Source: the human T2T-CHM13v2.0 reference genome, Homo sapiens. Taken from it: a stretch of DNA of 64,000 nucleotides. Of this stretch, positions 33,814 through 58,199 are shown one piece after another. The DNA lies in the NCBI RefSeq assembly GCF_009914755.1, contig NC_060931.1; one strand, 5' to 3'. The position numbers and the translations under genes were made by a program. The notes under the pieces were generated by a model. It did no database searches, was not told the DNA's origin, and was given only the letters and a program-made list of their open reading frames with translations. Numbering within the stretch: the first letter of the stretch is position 1; each line of letters begins with the position of its first letter.

Positions 33814-34753
33814 AAACGCGCTGTACTCTAAGTCCCCCTTACCCCCACGCGGCTCCCTGAGCCCTGGCGGCCACGCCTACTCCCTCTACAATGGAGATTA
33901 CAGGAAACTTCTCTGGAGAAAACAGCTGGTCCTCTGAGAAATAAGAGAAGGTGATACAGGCATTAAATATGAACAAAAACGCCACTGAATATGTGACTAT
34001 GAATATTCATGAGCATGAATATTCATGTTGTATAAATATTCAGCTCTGGGAAATGAAAAATATCACAGAAATAAGAAACTGCACAGAAGTGTTAGAAGAT
34101 AAAGATAAGAAAATATTTCAGGAACTAGAACAGAAAGGAAACAGCCCAGGGGCGGGGGCTCACACCTGTAATCCCAGCACTTTGGGAGGCCAAGGCGGGC
34201 GGATCACTTGAGGTCAGGAGTTCGAGACCAGCCTGGCCAACATGGTGAAACCCCATCTCTACTAAAAATACAAAAACTAGCTGGGCGTGGTGGCAGGTGC
34301 CTGTAGTCTCAGCTACTCGGGAGAATGAGGCCGTAGAATTGGGAGGCAGAGGTTACAGTGAGCCGAGATCATGCCACTGCACTCCAGCCTGGGGAACAGA
34401 GTGACTCCATTTCAAAAAAAAACAAAAACAGGAGCCAAAAGAGAAGAACATTAGAGAACCTATTTACAGAAAAGAGGAATGGAGAAAAAGGAGGGGAGAA
34501 AATCAAATAATTAATTCAAGAAAATTCCCCAGATTGATAAGGGTGTTTCTTGATTGAAAGGGCCCCTAGGAGCCCAGGACAGTGGATGGAAAAAGGCTCA
34601 CATCAAAGCACCTCATTGTGGCTGGGTGACGTGGCTCATACCTGTAACCCCAGTGCGTTGGGAGGCTGAGATGGGAGGATCCCTTGAGCCTAGGAATTTG
34701 GGATCAGCCTGGGCAACATACTGAGACCCTGTCTCTTAAAAAAAGAATGAGAG

Positions 34754-35113
<360 letters not shown>

Positions 35114-35116
35114 TCA

Positions 35117-35224
<108 letters not shown>

Positions 35225-35570
35225 CTATACAAGAAAAAATTTAAAAAAATCTTGTACAAGAATATTCATAGCAACATTATTCATAATAGCCAAAAAGTGG
35301 AAGCAACCCAGTTGTCCATCAACAGATAAATGGACAAGCACAATGCATTCTGCCCATGCCATGGGATACTATTTGGCCACAAAACGAATGAAGTACTGGT
35401 CGGGCATGGTAGCTTACGCCTGTAATCCCAGCACTTTGGGAGGCCAAGGCGGGCGGATCACAAGGTCAAGAGACCGAGACCATCTTGGCCAACATGGAAA
35501 AACCCCGTCTCTACTAAAAATACAAAAATTAGCTGGGCGTGGTGGCACGTGCCTGTAATCCCAGCTACTA

Positions 35571-35777
<207 letters not shown>

Positions 35778-35889
35778 TCAGTGGGGTAGTGATACCTGCT
35801 GCAATATGATTGGACCTTGAAAACATGATGCTAAGTGAAAGAAGCCAGACACAAATGGCCACATATTGTGTGATTCCATTTCCTTTTGA

Positions 35890-36099
<210 letters not shown>

Positions 36100-36426
36100 T
36101 GATCCACCTGCGTCGGCCTCCCAAAGTGCTGTGATTACAGGCATGAGCCACTGCACCCAGCCGTGTGATTCCATTTCTATGAAGTGTCCAGAAGAGACAA
36201 ATCTGTAGCGATAGGATAGAAATAGACTAAGGGTTGTCAGGGGCTGTCAGGAAGATGGAACAGGCAGTGATTTCTCCTGGGTATGGGGCTTCTCTTTGGG
36301 ATGATGGTTATTATTTTTTGAAATGGAGTCTCACTCTGTCACCCAGGCTAGAGTGCAGTGGCGCAATCTCAGCTCACTGCAACCTCCGCCTTCTGGGTTC
36401 AAGCGATTCTCATCTCAGCCTCCTGA

Positions 36427-36636
<210 letters not shown>

Positions 36637-37111
36637 TAGAGATGAGGGTCTCACTATATTGCTCAGGCTGGTCTCAAAGTCCTGGCTTCAAGTGATCCTC
36701 CTGCCTCAGCTTCCCAAAACACTAGGATTACAGGCATGAGCCACCATCTTTGGGCCCTATATGTTTTAAAATGGTTAAAATGGTAAATTTTACATTATGT
36801 GAATTTTTACCTCCATTAAAAAAAAGAGTGAGCCAGGCACAGTGGCTCACGCCTGTAATTCCAGCACTCTGGGAGGCTGAGGAAGGAAGATTGTTTGAGG
36901 CCAAGGGTTCAAGACCAGGCTGGGCAACATAGTGAGCTCTCATCTCTACTAGAAAATGTTCAAAAATTAGCTAGGTATCGTGGTGTGTTCTGTAATCTCA
37001 GCTACTTGGGAGGCCAAGGCAGGAGGATCACTTGAACTCAGGAGTTCAGGCTGCAGTGAGCCATGATCGCACCACTGCACTCCAGTATGGGTGACAAAGT
37101 GAGAGCCTGTT

Positions 37112-37410
37112 GAAAGAAAGAAAGAGAGAGAGAGAAAGAAGGAAGGAAGAAAGGAAGGAAAGGGAAGGTAAGGAAGGGAAGGAAAGGAAGGAAGGGAAAG
37201 AAAGGAAGGAAGGGAAGGAAAGGAAGGAAGGGAAGGAAGAGAAGAAGGAGAGAAAGAAAGAGAAAGAAGGAAGGAAAGGGAAGAGAAGGGAAGGAAGGGA
37301 AGGAAGAGAAGAAAGAAAGAGAAAGAAAGAAAGAAAAAGAAGGGAAGGGAAGGAAGGGAAGAAAGAGAGAGAGAAAGAAAGAGAGAGAGAGAGAGAGAGA
37401 AAGAAAGAGA
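37112..37410. repeat. Purine-only GAAA/GGAA low-complexity tract
   Basis: About 300 nt of A/G. Confidence 0.9.
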
Positions 37411-38574
37411 ATAAAATATTTTGGCCAGGCACGGTGGCTCACGCCTATAATCTGAGGCAAGCACTTTGGGAGGCTGAGGCAAATGGATTGCTTGAGCCCG
37501 GAAGTTTGAGACCAGCCTGGGCAATGTGACGAAACCCCATCTCTACAAAAAATAGCCAGGCGTGGTGCCCTGTGCCTGTAGTCCCAGCTACTTGGGAGGC
37601 TGAAGTGGGAGGATCGCTTGTCCAGGAGGCCAAGGTTGTGGTGAGCCGAGATCACGCCACTGCATTCCAGTGTCAAAAAAAAAAAAAAAAAAAAAAGAAT
37701 AAAACATTTTCAGATATAGAAAGCTCGAAAATTTACCTCCTCGTGCATCTTTTCTTAGAAAGCTGTGGGAAGATGTGCTCTACTAAAATAAGTAGTAAAC
37801 CAGCCAGACGTGGTGGCTCACACCTGTAATCCCATCACTTTGGGAGGCTGAGGAGGGCAGATCACCTGAGGTCAGAAGTGCGAGACCAGCCTGGCCAACA
37901 TGGCGAAACCCCGTCTCTACTAAAAATACAAAAATTAGCCGGGCATGGTGACAAACGCCTATAATCCCAGCTACTCCGGAGGCTGATGCTGGAGAATCGC
38001 TTGAACCTGGGAGGCGGAGGTTTCAGTGAGCGGAGATCGCGTCATTGCACTCCAGCCTGGGCGACAGAGTGAGACTCCGTCTCAAAATAAATAAATAAAA
38101 TAAAATAAAATACAATAACATAACCTAAAATAAGTAGTAAACCAAGGAAGAAGAGTCAGGGGATCCAGAAAACATGAGCAAGCCCAGGACAGAGGCGAAA
38201 TGGTTGACAGGAGACTCCAGGCCAATGGCCGCACTCCAGAGAGGCCAGCAGCCAGCCCAGCTGGGAGTGGGTCCCGGGAGAGACATCTTCAGAAAGAACT
38301 TGATAAAATTCCCAATGCCTCTGAGCATCTTGGCAGGAGATTTAGACTATTGAAAGAGTTGGGGTTGAATTAGTATTGAGACTATTAAAACTAGGCAGAC
38401 AGGCCAGGTGCAGTGGCTCACACCTGTATCCCAGCACTTTGGGAGGCCAAGGCAGGTGAATCACTTGAGGTCAGGAGTTCGAGACCAGCCTGGCCAACAT
38501 GGTGAAACCCCATCTTTACTAAAAATACAAAAAAATTAGCCGGGCATGGTGGTGCATGCCTGTAGTCTCAGCTA

Positions 38575-38740
<166 letters not shown>

Positions 38741-39457
38741 TTATAGGAAAAAAAAATTTCTGGAAAGGAAAAGTAACTACAATACATCATCCTCATCTAT
38801 GAGTACTATCTACTTAGTCATAGTACTGCAATCCTGGAGTCAGATCAAAATTTAGATATGGAATACAAAAATTAGCTGGGCGTGGTGGTGCGCACCTCTA
38901 GTCCCAGCTACTCAGGAGGCTGAGGTAGGAGAATCAACACTGTCTCAAAAAAAAAAAAAAAAAAATTTTAGATATGGACCAGGTGTGGTGATTCACACCT
39001 ATAAATCCCAGCCCTTTGGGAGGCTGAGACAGGAGGATTGCTTGAAGCCCGGAGTTCCAGACCAGCTCAGGCAACATATCAAGACCCTGTGTCTACAAAA
39101 AATTTTTAAAAACTTAGCTGGGTGTGGTGGCACATACCTATTGCCCCATCTACTCAGGAGGCTGAGGCAGGAGGATTGCTTGAGACCAGGAATTTGAGAC
39201 CAGCCTGGGCAACATAGCAAGATCCTGTGTCTACAAAAAATTTTTTAAAAACTTAGCTGGGTATGGTGGCACACACCTATAGTCCCAGCTACTCAGGAGG
39301 CTGAGGTGGGAGGATTGCTTAAGCCCAAGAGTTTGAGGCTACAGTGAGCTATGATTATACCATTGCACTCCAGCCTAGGCAACAGAGCAGGACCCTATCT
39401 CAAAAAAAAAAGAAAAAGAAAAACTGCTTTTAGGGTTACCATTTATTGAAGCTCTAG

Positions 39458-39820
<363 letters not shown>

Positions 39821-40130
39821 TGAAGATGCTGAGGCTCAGAGAGGTTAGATAACTTGCCTAGGCACACACAGCTTCTAAGTGACAGAGTTTGAATGCAGGT
39901 CTGTGTGTCTGTCTTCAAAGCCTGTGCCCTTGCCTGTGTCAGCCCTGGGAGGCACTGGTTAACCTGTCTCCATCTCAATCATCCTCAGGTGTCTCTCCCT
40001 CCCCACTCCTGGCTCCCGTGTCCTCTGCATGCTGGAAGGGATGGATGGGATAAGCCTGGGCTGGGTGCCCCTGCCATCTCTGCCTGTGCCACTGCATCCT
40101 CTAGACCTGAGTCTCCCTGTGTGCCGACAG

Positions 40131-40255
40131 GTTGGCGGGACGAAGACTGGCGTGGTGCGGTACGTGGGGGAGACAGACTTTGCCAAGGGCGAGTGGTGTG
40201 GCGTGGAGCTGGACGAGCCCCTTGGGAAGAATGATGGGGCGGTGGCGGGCACCAG
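40131..40255 (+). CDS. CLIP2: CLIP2 exon 4, CAP-Gly domain 2
   Basis: gacag|[41 protein letters not shown]; donor CAG|gtatgg; 125 nt. Confidence 0.97.
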
Positions 40256-40582
40256 GTATGGTGGGCTTCTTCTGGGGAGTATGGGAGGGGGCTCCTCTCC
40301 CCAGGGTGGGCGCAGGGGATGGAGATGGGACATTGGAGGAAGCGAGTGTCCAGCATGTAGTGTCAGACACCATAAGTCCTTTCCCATTCCCTCCTTCCCA
40401 ACAGCCCACTAAGCTGGGTAGTGGGATTATCATCCCATTTTACAGATGAGAGTATGGAGGCCAGGAGGTCATTGTTCAAGGTCGCACAGTCACAGGCAAG
40501 CGCCAAGAGAATCTGTCCCCGTGTTCTCTTCTTTGTGTCACTCATGTCTAAGTGGGGTGGGAGCCCTCAAAAAGGAGAGGGA

Positions 40583-42025
<1,443 letters not shown>

Positions 42026-42660
42026 TCAGGGGTGGGTTGGACAGCAGTCCCCATCCCACCCCAAGGTTTCTCTTTCAAGCTTTTGCTTCTCTATGCAGGG
42101 ATTCTGTGGGCAGAGAGCTGATGGGAATCCTTCATTCTGGGGATGGTCTGAGGGTAGCCTGAAAGTGGGGCTGCAGCTGTGGCTGGGGTCTCTGAACAGT
42201 CTGTGGGAGCCAAGCTTAGCGGGTGTTGGAGCCCAGCACACTGGAGGACCAGTCTCAGCTTTGCTGCGTAACCAGCTGTGTGACTGTGGGCAAGTTATTT
42301 AACCTCTCTGAGCCTAAATTTTCTCATTTGTGAATGTAGATAACTTTGGGGGATGGAAATGAGCATTCATTTAAAGAGACTGGCACAAAGTGGGTCCCAG
42401 TAATTATTTCCTACTTCCAAGAGTATTCTCATTGGCTGTTCACAGCTGCAGAGACTCTCAGACCCTACTCACCTATATCCTTTTTTTGAGAGTCCTATCT
42501 CTCCACCTGGAAGATTTCCACCTTGGAGTGTCTTTCCACATGGGCCCCAAGGAGGTGTCTTTCTCTCTTTCTGCCAGGCTCTGAAGAGGCAGAGGAGGCA
42601 GGGGAGGCTCTCCAGGCTTTGGGGCCGTGACAGCAGCTTGGGTCTCTCCTGCTTCCACAG

Positions 42661-42874
42661 GTACTTCCAGTGCCCACCCAAGTTTGGTCTCTTCGCGCCC
42701 ATCCACAAAGTGATCCGTATCGGCTTCCCATCTACCAGCCCAGCCAAGGCCAAGAAGACCAAGCGTATGGCCATGGGTGTGTCAGCACTGACCCACAGTC
42801 CCAGCAGTTCCTCCATCAGCTCCGTCAGCTCTGTGGCCTCCTCCGTGGGGGGTCGGCCCAGCCGCAGTGGCCTG
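42661..42874 (+). CDS. CLIP2: CLIP2 exon 5, end of CAP-Gly 2 and Ser-rich region
   Basis: ttccacag|(R)[21 protein letters not shown]...[10 protein letters not shown]...RSGL; donor CTG|gtgagg; 214 nt. Confidence 0.96.
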
Positions 42875-43530
42875 GTGAGGGTGGGGCTGCAGAAGGGGAT
42901 TCTCTGGTGTGCGTTTGGGAGGGGTGAGGATGTAAGAGATCCAGGTGTTCTGGTCTGCCCCTGACTTACTCTAGTTCCAGTTTGGGATTTTTGAACAAAG
43001 AAGAAAGTGCATATCTTTTAATAGGGAAAATTGAGCCATTTACCTTTATTGCTGTTTTTATATAACTGATTTATTGGAACCCTAAGCCTTTCTCTGGAAG
43101 TTAAGGAGGGTTATACAGATGCAGGGCAGGGAGTTCAGAAAGGTTGGCATCAAACCCTGGATGAAGGGAAAAGAGGAGGCTGCTTGGTGGCTATGGGCAG
43201 AGGGCATTCTGTCCAAACCCAATCTAGGATTGGAGGTTCCTCCTTTCCCAGGAAAAAGTGGCCAAAGTGAGGGAGTCAGAGGCTCTGGCTATCAGGAGCT
43301 GACTCTCCTGAGATGGGGAGTTTCCTGAATCTCAAACATCAAGATTCCCCGCTGGGTGAGTCAGCAGGGGCCAGGATGTCAGAGTACTGGCAGGGGAAGA
43401 GCAGGACCCTGGGAGTCAAGGCACTTGGGCTCCCACCTGCTATGTTGCTGTAGATTAGGCTGGACAGAGCCAGTCTGCCCTGCAGTGCTTCAGATCCCTG
43501 AGACCCGCCTGCATCCACACCTTCCTGCAG

Positions 43531-43728
43531 CTCACGGAGACCTCTTCACGCTACGCCCGCAAGATCTCGGGCACCACGGCCTTGCAGGAGGCACTGAAGG
43601 AGAAGCAGCAGCACATTGAGCAGCTGCTGGCTGAACGAGACCTGGAACGGGCTGAGGTGGCCAAGGCCACAAGCCACATCTGCGAGGTGGAGAAGGAGAT
43701 TGCCCTGCTCAAGGCACAGCATGAGCAG
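43531..43728 (+). CDS. CLIP2: CLIP2 exon 6, start of coiled coil
   Basis: cctgcag|[42 protein letters not shown]...AQHEQ; donor CAG|gtgagt; 198 nt. Confidence 0.96.
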
Positions 43729-43984
43729 GTGAGTGGCAGGTGGGGCTGGGGGCAGAGCTTCTCCAGCCAGCCTCATAGAGTCTCACCCACTCAGAGCGGA
43801 GACCCTGGAGGGGGTGGGTGCAGAGAAATATGAAGATAACACAAGCAGTACCTGTCCCCCGCTTTCCAGAGATAAGCCTCAGTGACCTGGTGAATTTCCT
43901 TCCAGTCTTTTCTGCCTATGTATAAGGATACATACACCTACTTTCAGAATCTGGTTACAAGCTTGTATATCCTGCTTTTTAATT

Positions 43985-45905
<1,921 letters not shown>

Positions 45906-46424
45906 ATTTCAGATTATTTTTTTGAGCAGATTCTAGGGTTGAATTTCAGGAAAGTGACTCCTTGCCCCAAGCCTTGGGGCTGCTGCTATCTCGTGTCTGG
46001 TTTTTTCTCTGATGTTTGTCTCCCGTGGGAGAGTTCCCTTCTGGGCCTCTGTCCCCATCTGGGGTCTGGCTTGCCCCTCCTTGGATGCCAGGATCAATAG
46101 GCCAAGTTCATGGCTGTGCTTTGATGGAGCACAGACAAGACAGCAGGTTTGCAAGATAACAGGTCTTAGGCTCTTGTGGGTTGAGGCGGGAGGCAGGTAC
46201 TGAGGGCAGGTGGGCCTAAGGGTCCTGCCTCTGCCTCTCTTGTTCCTACTGGGTCCCCTCCTTCACACCTAGGCCCACTGTGCATGCCCGGCAGGTGCCA
46301 GCAGGGAAGTTGGGGTGACTGGGGTTCCAGGCCCTGCTCCTTGCCTGTCTCCCACCACACCACCAACCTGGACCCCATACCCCGGAGCATGCTGACCCTG
46401 TCCTGGCCTTCCTTGGGGGCCCAG

Positions 46425-46528
46425 TATGTTGCAGAAGCCGAGGAGAAGCTGCAGCGAGCCCGGCTGCTCGTGGAGAGCGTGCGGAAAGAGAAGGTGGACC
46501 TGTCCAACCAGCTGGAGGAGGAGAGGAG
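46425..46528 (+). CDS. CLIP2: CLIP2 exon 7, coiled coil
   Basis: cccag|YVAEAEEKLQRARLLVESVRKEKVDLSNQLEEER; donor GAG|gtacgt; 104 nt. Confidence 0.95.
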
Positions 46529-46672
46529 GTACGTGCTGGCCCACCCTCGCCCTGGCCCTGAGTCCCCTTAAGGAGGATGAGGAAGAGGGCAGGCTTGGGA
46601 ATAGCGGACCCAGGTTCCAGTCCTGCCCCTGTCACTGCCTCTGGCTGTGTCACCCTGGACTGGTGACATTAA

Positions 46673-48399
<1,727 letters not shown>

Positions 48400-48839
48400 T
48401 CACAAGTGGGACCCATCTCCCCTGCAGCCCTCCAACCAAAGACACCAGGCGGTGGGGACTCTGGCCGACTTGGTCCTGGGTCACCTCCTTGTAGGACACA
48501 AAGCTGACAGTGGACAGAGGTTTGCCTTGGCCTGGGATCCTCTCTACCTCCTAGATGATGCCCAGATACCTACATCTCCCTCCCCTGTCCCCAGGCAGCA
48601 GCCAGCCCCCATCCCCAACACCCCCACTTGGGTCTGTTCTGTGGGCTTTCAGCTGGCACCTGCGCTCCATAAGCTGTTGTTACTGTCGGATTCAGGGAGA
48701 TGAGGGTGTATTTATATTTGCCTGAGACAGCCATAGTGGCCTACACATCTGGTTCCCATGGCGATGTGCCTGACGCCAACAAACACAGATCTTTTTTTCT
48801 TTTTCTTTTCTTTTTTTTTTTTTTTTTTTGTTTCTTTAG

Positions 48840-49415
<576 letters not shown>

Positions 49416-50537
49416 TAGCTGAGATTACAGGGATGCGCCACCACGCCCCGCTAATTTTGTATTTTTAGTAGAGACAGTTTCTCCATGTTGGTCAGGCTGG
49501 TCTCAAACTCCCGACCTCAGGTGATCCGCCCACCTTGGCCTCCCAAAGTGTTGGGATTACGGGCGTGAGCCACTGCAACTGGCCCAGCCTTGAGTTCCTA
49601 TGTGTGGCTGTAAGGTGGGGTGGGCCTGTGTCTCTCCCCTGCGCTGTCTTGACAGGTGTGTGACAGAGTGTGTCTCCCTGAGGGTAGCCCTGATGCCTGG
49701 GCATTCCACATCCAGGGGCAGCCCTGGGAGTGGGGATTGGGTCTCTGACCCCCAGTTTTGAGGCCTGTGATGAGAACAAGATCAACAGCAAAGGAAGCCC
49801 ACTTTCCTTCTCTCCTTTCCTTCCTCCCCACAGGTTGTTCCTTGTGGTAGTGTCTGTTCCCCGCAGTGATGAAAACAGTGTTGTCAGCTGGGCGCGGAGG
49901 CTCACGCCTGTAATCCCAGCACTTTGGGAGGCTGAGGTGGGCAGATCACTTGAGGCCAGGAGTTCGAGACCAGCCTGGCCAACATGTTAAAACCCTGTCT
50001 CTACTAAAACTACAAAAATTTTTTATTGAGGTTGCATGCCCAGTGATGTATGCCTGTAATCCCAGCTACTCAGGAAGCTGAGGCAGGAGAATTGCTTGAA
50101 CCGTGGAGGCAGAGGCCTCAGTGAGCCGAGATCACACCAATGCACTCCAGCCTGGGCAACAGAGCGAGACTCTGTCTCAAAAAAAAAAAAAAAAGGGAGG
50201 GAGGAAGGAAGGAAGGAAGGAAAGAAAGAAGGAAAGAAAACAGTGTTGTCACTCACATCCCCGGGCCACCCTGCCCTTTATTTTATTTCCCACCACCCTG
50301 GGGAGGAAGGGTGTTGCCTTAAACACTGCCATTCTGGAGTTATTGGTGGTTCTTCCTAGAGTGCAGGTCAGCAGGTTGGGAGGTCTAGAGCTTTCCAGGA
50401 CTGTGGGACATTTTGATGGCCTCGCCTCTGGATTCTGGGCCATTCTCATGGCCTTGCCTCTCTCTGCTGTTGCTCATTCGGTGAATCCCGTTGCTCTGGG
50501 CAAAGCCAGGTCAGCCACCTCTTTCCCTCCCCTGCAG

Positions 50538-50598
50538 GAAGGTGGAGGATCTGCAGTTCCGCGTGGAGGAGGAGTCCATCACCAAGGGAGACCTGGAG
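50538..50598 (+). CDS. CLIP2: CLIP2 exon 8
   Basis: cctgcag|(R)[20 protein letters not shown]|gtaaca; 61 nt restores phase 0; motif shared with CLIP1. Confidence 0.95.
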
Positions 50599-51275
50599 GT
50601 AACAGTCAGAGGCCCCTTCCCTGGGCACACTTAGCACCGGTGCCTGGCCCTTGCTAGGGCAGATGGTTGTGAGGTCCAGCAGCACCTCTAGGCCCCCCCG
50701 GGGAAGGGGCTGGGGGGGAAAATGGGGAAGGATCAAAGGTCTGATGTCTGAGGTGTTAGTGGCTCAGCCCCAGGAGCCCCCCAGGGAAGCTGTGCTCCCC
50801 GTGTCAGCAGCTGGATGGGGTGGGCAGGACGAACCCAGGGCAGGGCAGATGGGGGGCTGGGCCCCAGGATAGAGTGGCTGAGGTCCCCTGTCCCTTCTTC
50901 TTAGGCAATAGCCCTAAAGGTGCCCCTTCGTTCATCTTGGATTCCAGGTAAAATTTTGGCTGAAAGTAGCTTGCTGAGTCACAGAATTTATAGGTAGGAA
51001 AACTGAGGCTCAGAGACCAAGGGAGCTGGGTATGGTGGCTCACACCTATAATCCCAGCACTTCAGGAAGCCAAGGCAGAGGATCACTTGAGCCCAGAAGT
51101 TCAAGACCAGCCTGGGCAACGTAGCAAGATCCCATCTCTACAAAAAATTTAAAAAGTTAGCCAAGCATGGTCATGTGCACCTGTGGTCCCAGCTACTCAG
51201 GGAGGCTGAGGCTAGAGGATCGCTTGAATCTGGGAGATGGAGGCTGCAGTGAGCTATGATTGCGCCTGTTTTTTG

Positions 51276-51276
<1 letters not shown>

Positions 51277-51338
<62 letters not shown>
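51277..51338. repeat. (TG)31 microsatellite
   Basis: Counted directly; sits inside an Alu right arm. Confidence 0.92.
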
Positions 51339-51339
<1 letters not shown>

Positions 51340-52776
51340 CTGTCTCAAAAAAAAGAATGGATGTTGGGGCACAACCCAGCGTCAGAGCCTCAGCCCAGCT
51401 CAGCATGTTCTAATTAAGTTTCCCTCTTGGCCAAGGGGCAGGCCATGTGGTTGCTCCTGGCTGACTTTTCCATTGGCAGTTGCTCTCCTGCAGGGGTTGG
51501 ATGGACTTCTGGGAAAAGCACCTGTATTTGCCAGGAACAGAGACCCCCCTGTGCCAGCTGCAGTCACCATGGGGGCTTACTGAAGGGCTGTAGGAAAGGT
51601 CACAGCCTCCAAGGGCAGGCATTTCAGGGGACTGGAGCCAGAAACAGCATCGGGAGCTAAGCCCATCCATGTGCCCCTTACTCAGGGTCTCCTTCCGATC
51701 TGTGTCTGAGGTCAGGCTCCTCCTGTCTGTTTCCCACTGTGTTTCTCGGCTCTGCTCTTCTCCCAGCCCCGCCCACTACCTACCAGCTGTCATTGAGAGA
51801 GGCTCTGATTGGTCCCAGGGATAGCCAATGGGCTGGCTGGCTCTGGATAGGGGTCCACCCCGGATCCAGCCGGCCCTGGCTGGGAGAGGCAGGGGGCGGG
51901 ACAGACAGTGACAGCTAAGTCAGTCCAAAGGGCTGCAGAATTCCCCATGCAACGTTTTATTGTAGCAAACTGAATTGTGATCATATTCATGGCAACCAGA
52001 AGGCAAAATGACCAAAGTCCCACTCATCCCCTCATCCCCACCCTTTTTTTTCTTTTTTGGAGACAGGATCTCACTCTGTTGCCCAGGCTGGAGTACAGTG
52101 GCACCATCTGGGCTCACTGAAGCCTCCACTTCCTGGGCTCAAGTGATGCTTTGCCTCAGCCTCCCAAGTAGCTAGGACTACAGGCGTGTGCCACCACACC
52201 CAGCTAATTTTTGTATTTTTTTTTGTAGAGGCTGGGTCTCACTATGTTGCCCAGGCAGGGTCTCGCTATGTTGCCCAAGTGGGTCTCAAACTCCTAGGTT
52301 CAAGCAATCCTGCCTCAGCCTCCCAAAGGGCTGGGATTACATGCATGAGCCATCACATCTGGCCCCCACCCATCTTAAAAGTCAGAAATAAAAGCCAGAG
52401 CCCCTCCTTGACCTCCTGGCCCCCTCCGCTTTATCACCCCACCTCTCTGCCTGTCTTTATTGCAAAACCCCCAGAAGGTTATCAGGCTCATGGTCTTCCC
52501 TCCTGTCCACACTGCCCCAATTACACAATGAGATGCCCCCATTCCAACTCCCCAGCCTCCTCTGCTGGCGTCTCCTCCTTCCTAATCTCTGAACATTGTC
52601 CCATCCAAGGGCTCAGTCCCAGGTCCGTTCACCCCTTGTCCACACTCACCCTGAGAGCTTCCAGTCTGTGGCCTCCATGCCCTGGAATGAGCCCCTGTAA
52701 GATCCACAGTCTTCCCCAAGCTCCCTGTACCATGCCCATTTGACATCTCCACCCAATTGAGGAAGAAGCAAGCACC

Positions 52777-53979
<1,203 letters not shown>

Positions 53980-54054
53980 GCCCAAATTGAACATGTCCTA
54001 ACCACATCTATCCAGGCCTCCCCTAACACCACCCCCCTTACGGTTCCCATCTCA

Positions 54055-57642
<3,588 letters not shown>

Positions 57643-57796
57643 CTACCAGTTCAGTGTGTAGGATCATGCACCATCTATGAGGGTTCCAGACAGGGCTGTT
57701 GTGCCCACCGACGGGGATAGGGGTGGCTGGGATGGAGCTTGTGATTTTCTGGAAGAGACATGCTGACTTCTTGTTGGCACTGGAACACACTGCCAG

Positions 57797-58076
57797 GAGG
57801 GAGGCGGGGGAGGGAGGGAGAGGAGAGAAAGAGAGAGGGAGGGACACAAAGAGGGGAGACAGGAAGGGAGAGAGGGGAAAAGAGAAGGAGAGAAGGAGGG
57901 AGGGAGGGAAACAGGGAGGGGAATGGAGAGAGAGAGGGAGGGAGAGAGGGAAAAAGAAAGGAGGGAGAGAGACGGGGGGGAGAAAGAAGAGAGAGAAAGT
58001 GGGAAGGAGAGGGGAGAGAGAAAGGGAAGGACAAAGAGGGAGAGGGAGGAGAAGGAGAGAGGAGGGGAGAGAGAGA
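57797..58076. repeat. GA-rich purine tract
   Basis: About 280 nt almost entirely A/G. Confidence 0.9.
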
Positions 58077-58199
58077 ACTTTTTTTGTTGTTCCTTAAGGA
58101 AAATTCAAGAAATAAAATAGGCCAAAGGACATAATCATCTCAATGTCTCTTAATGAATTGCAGGAGTATTTCTAATCAGGTGATGTCCGTTTACACCTT

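Noticed and set aside
33951-34211. Coiled-coil-like 86-aa ORF
   Set aside because: Decayed L1M ORF1-like remnant running into an Alu.
36967-37676. F/L/S/P- or K/E/R-rich ORFs here and at 47319-47630 and 57675-58134
   Set aside because: Translations of purine/pyrimidine simple repeats.
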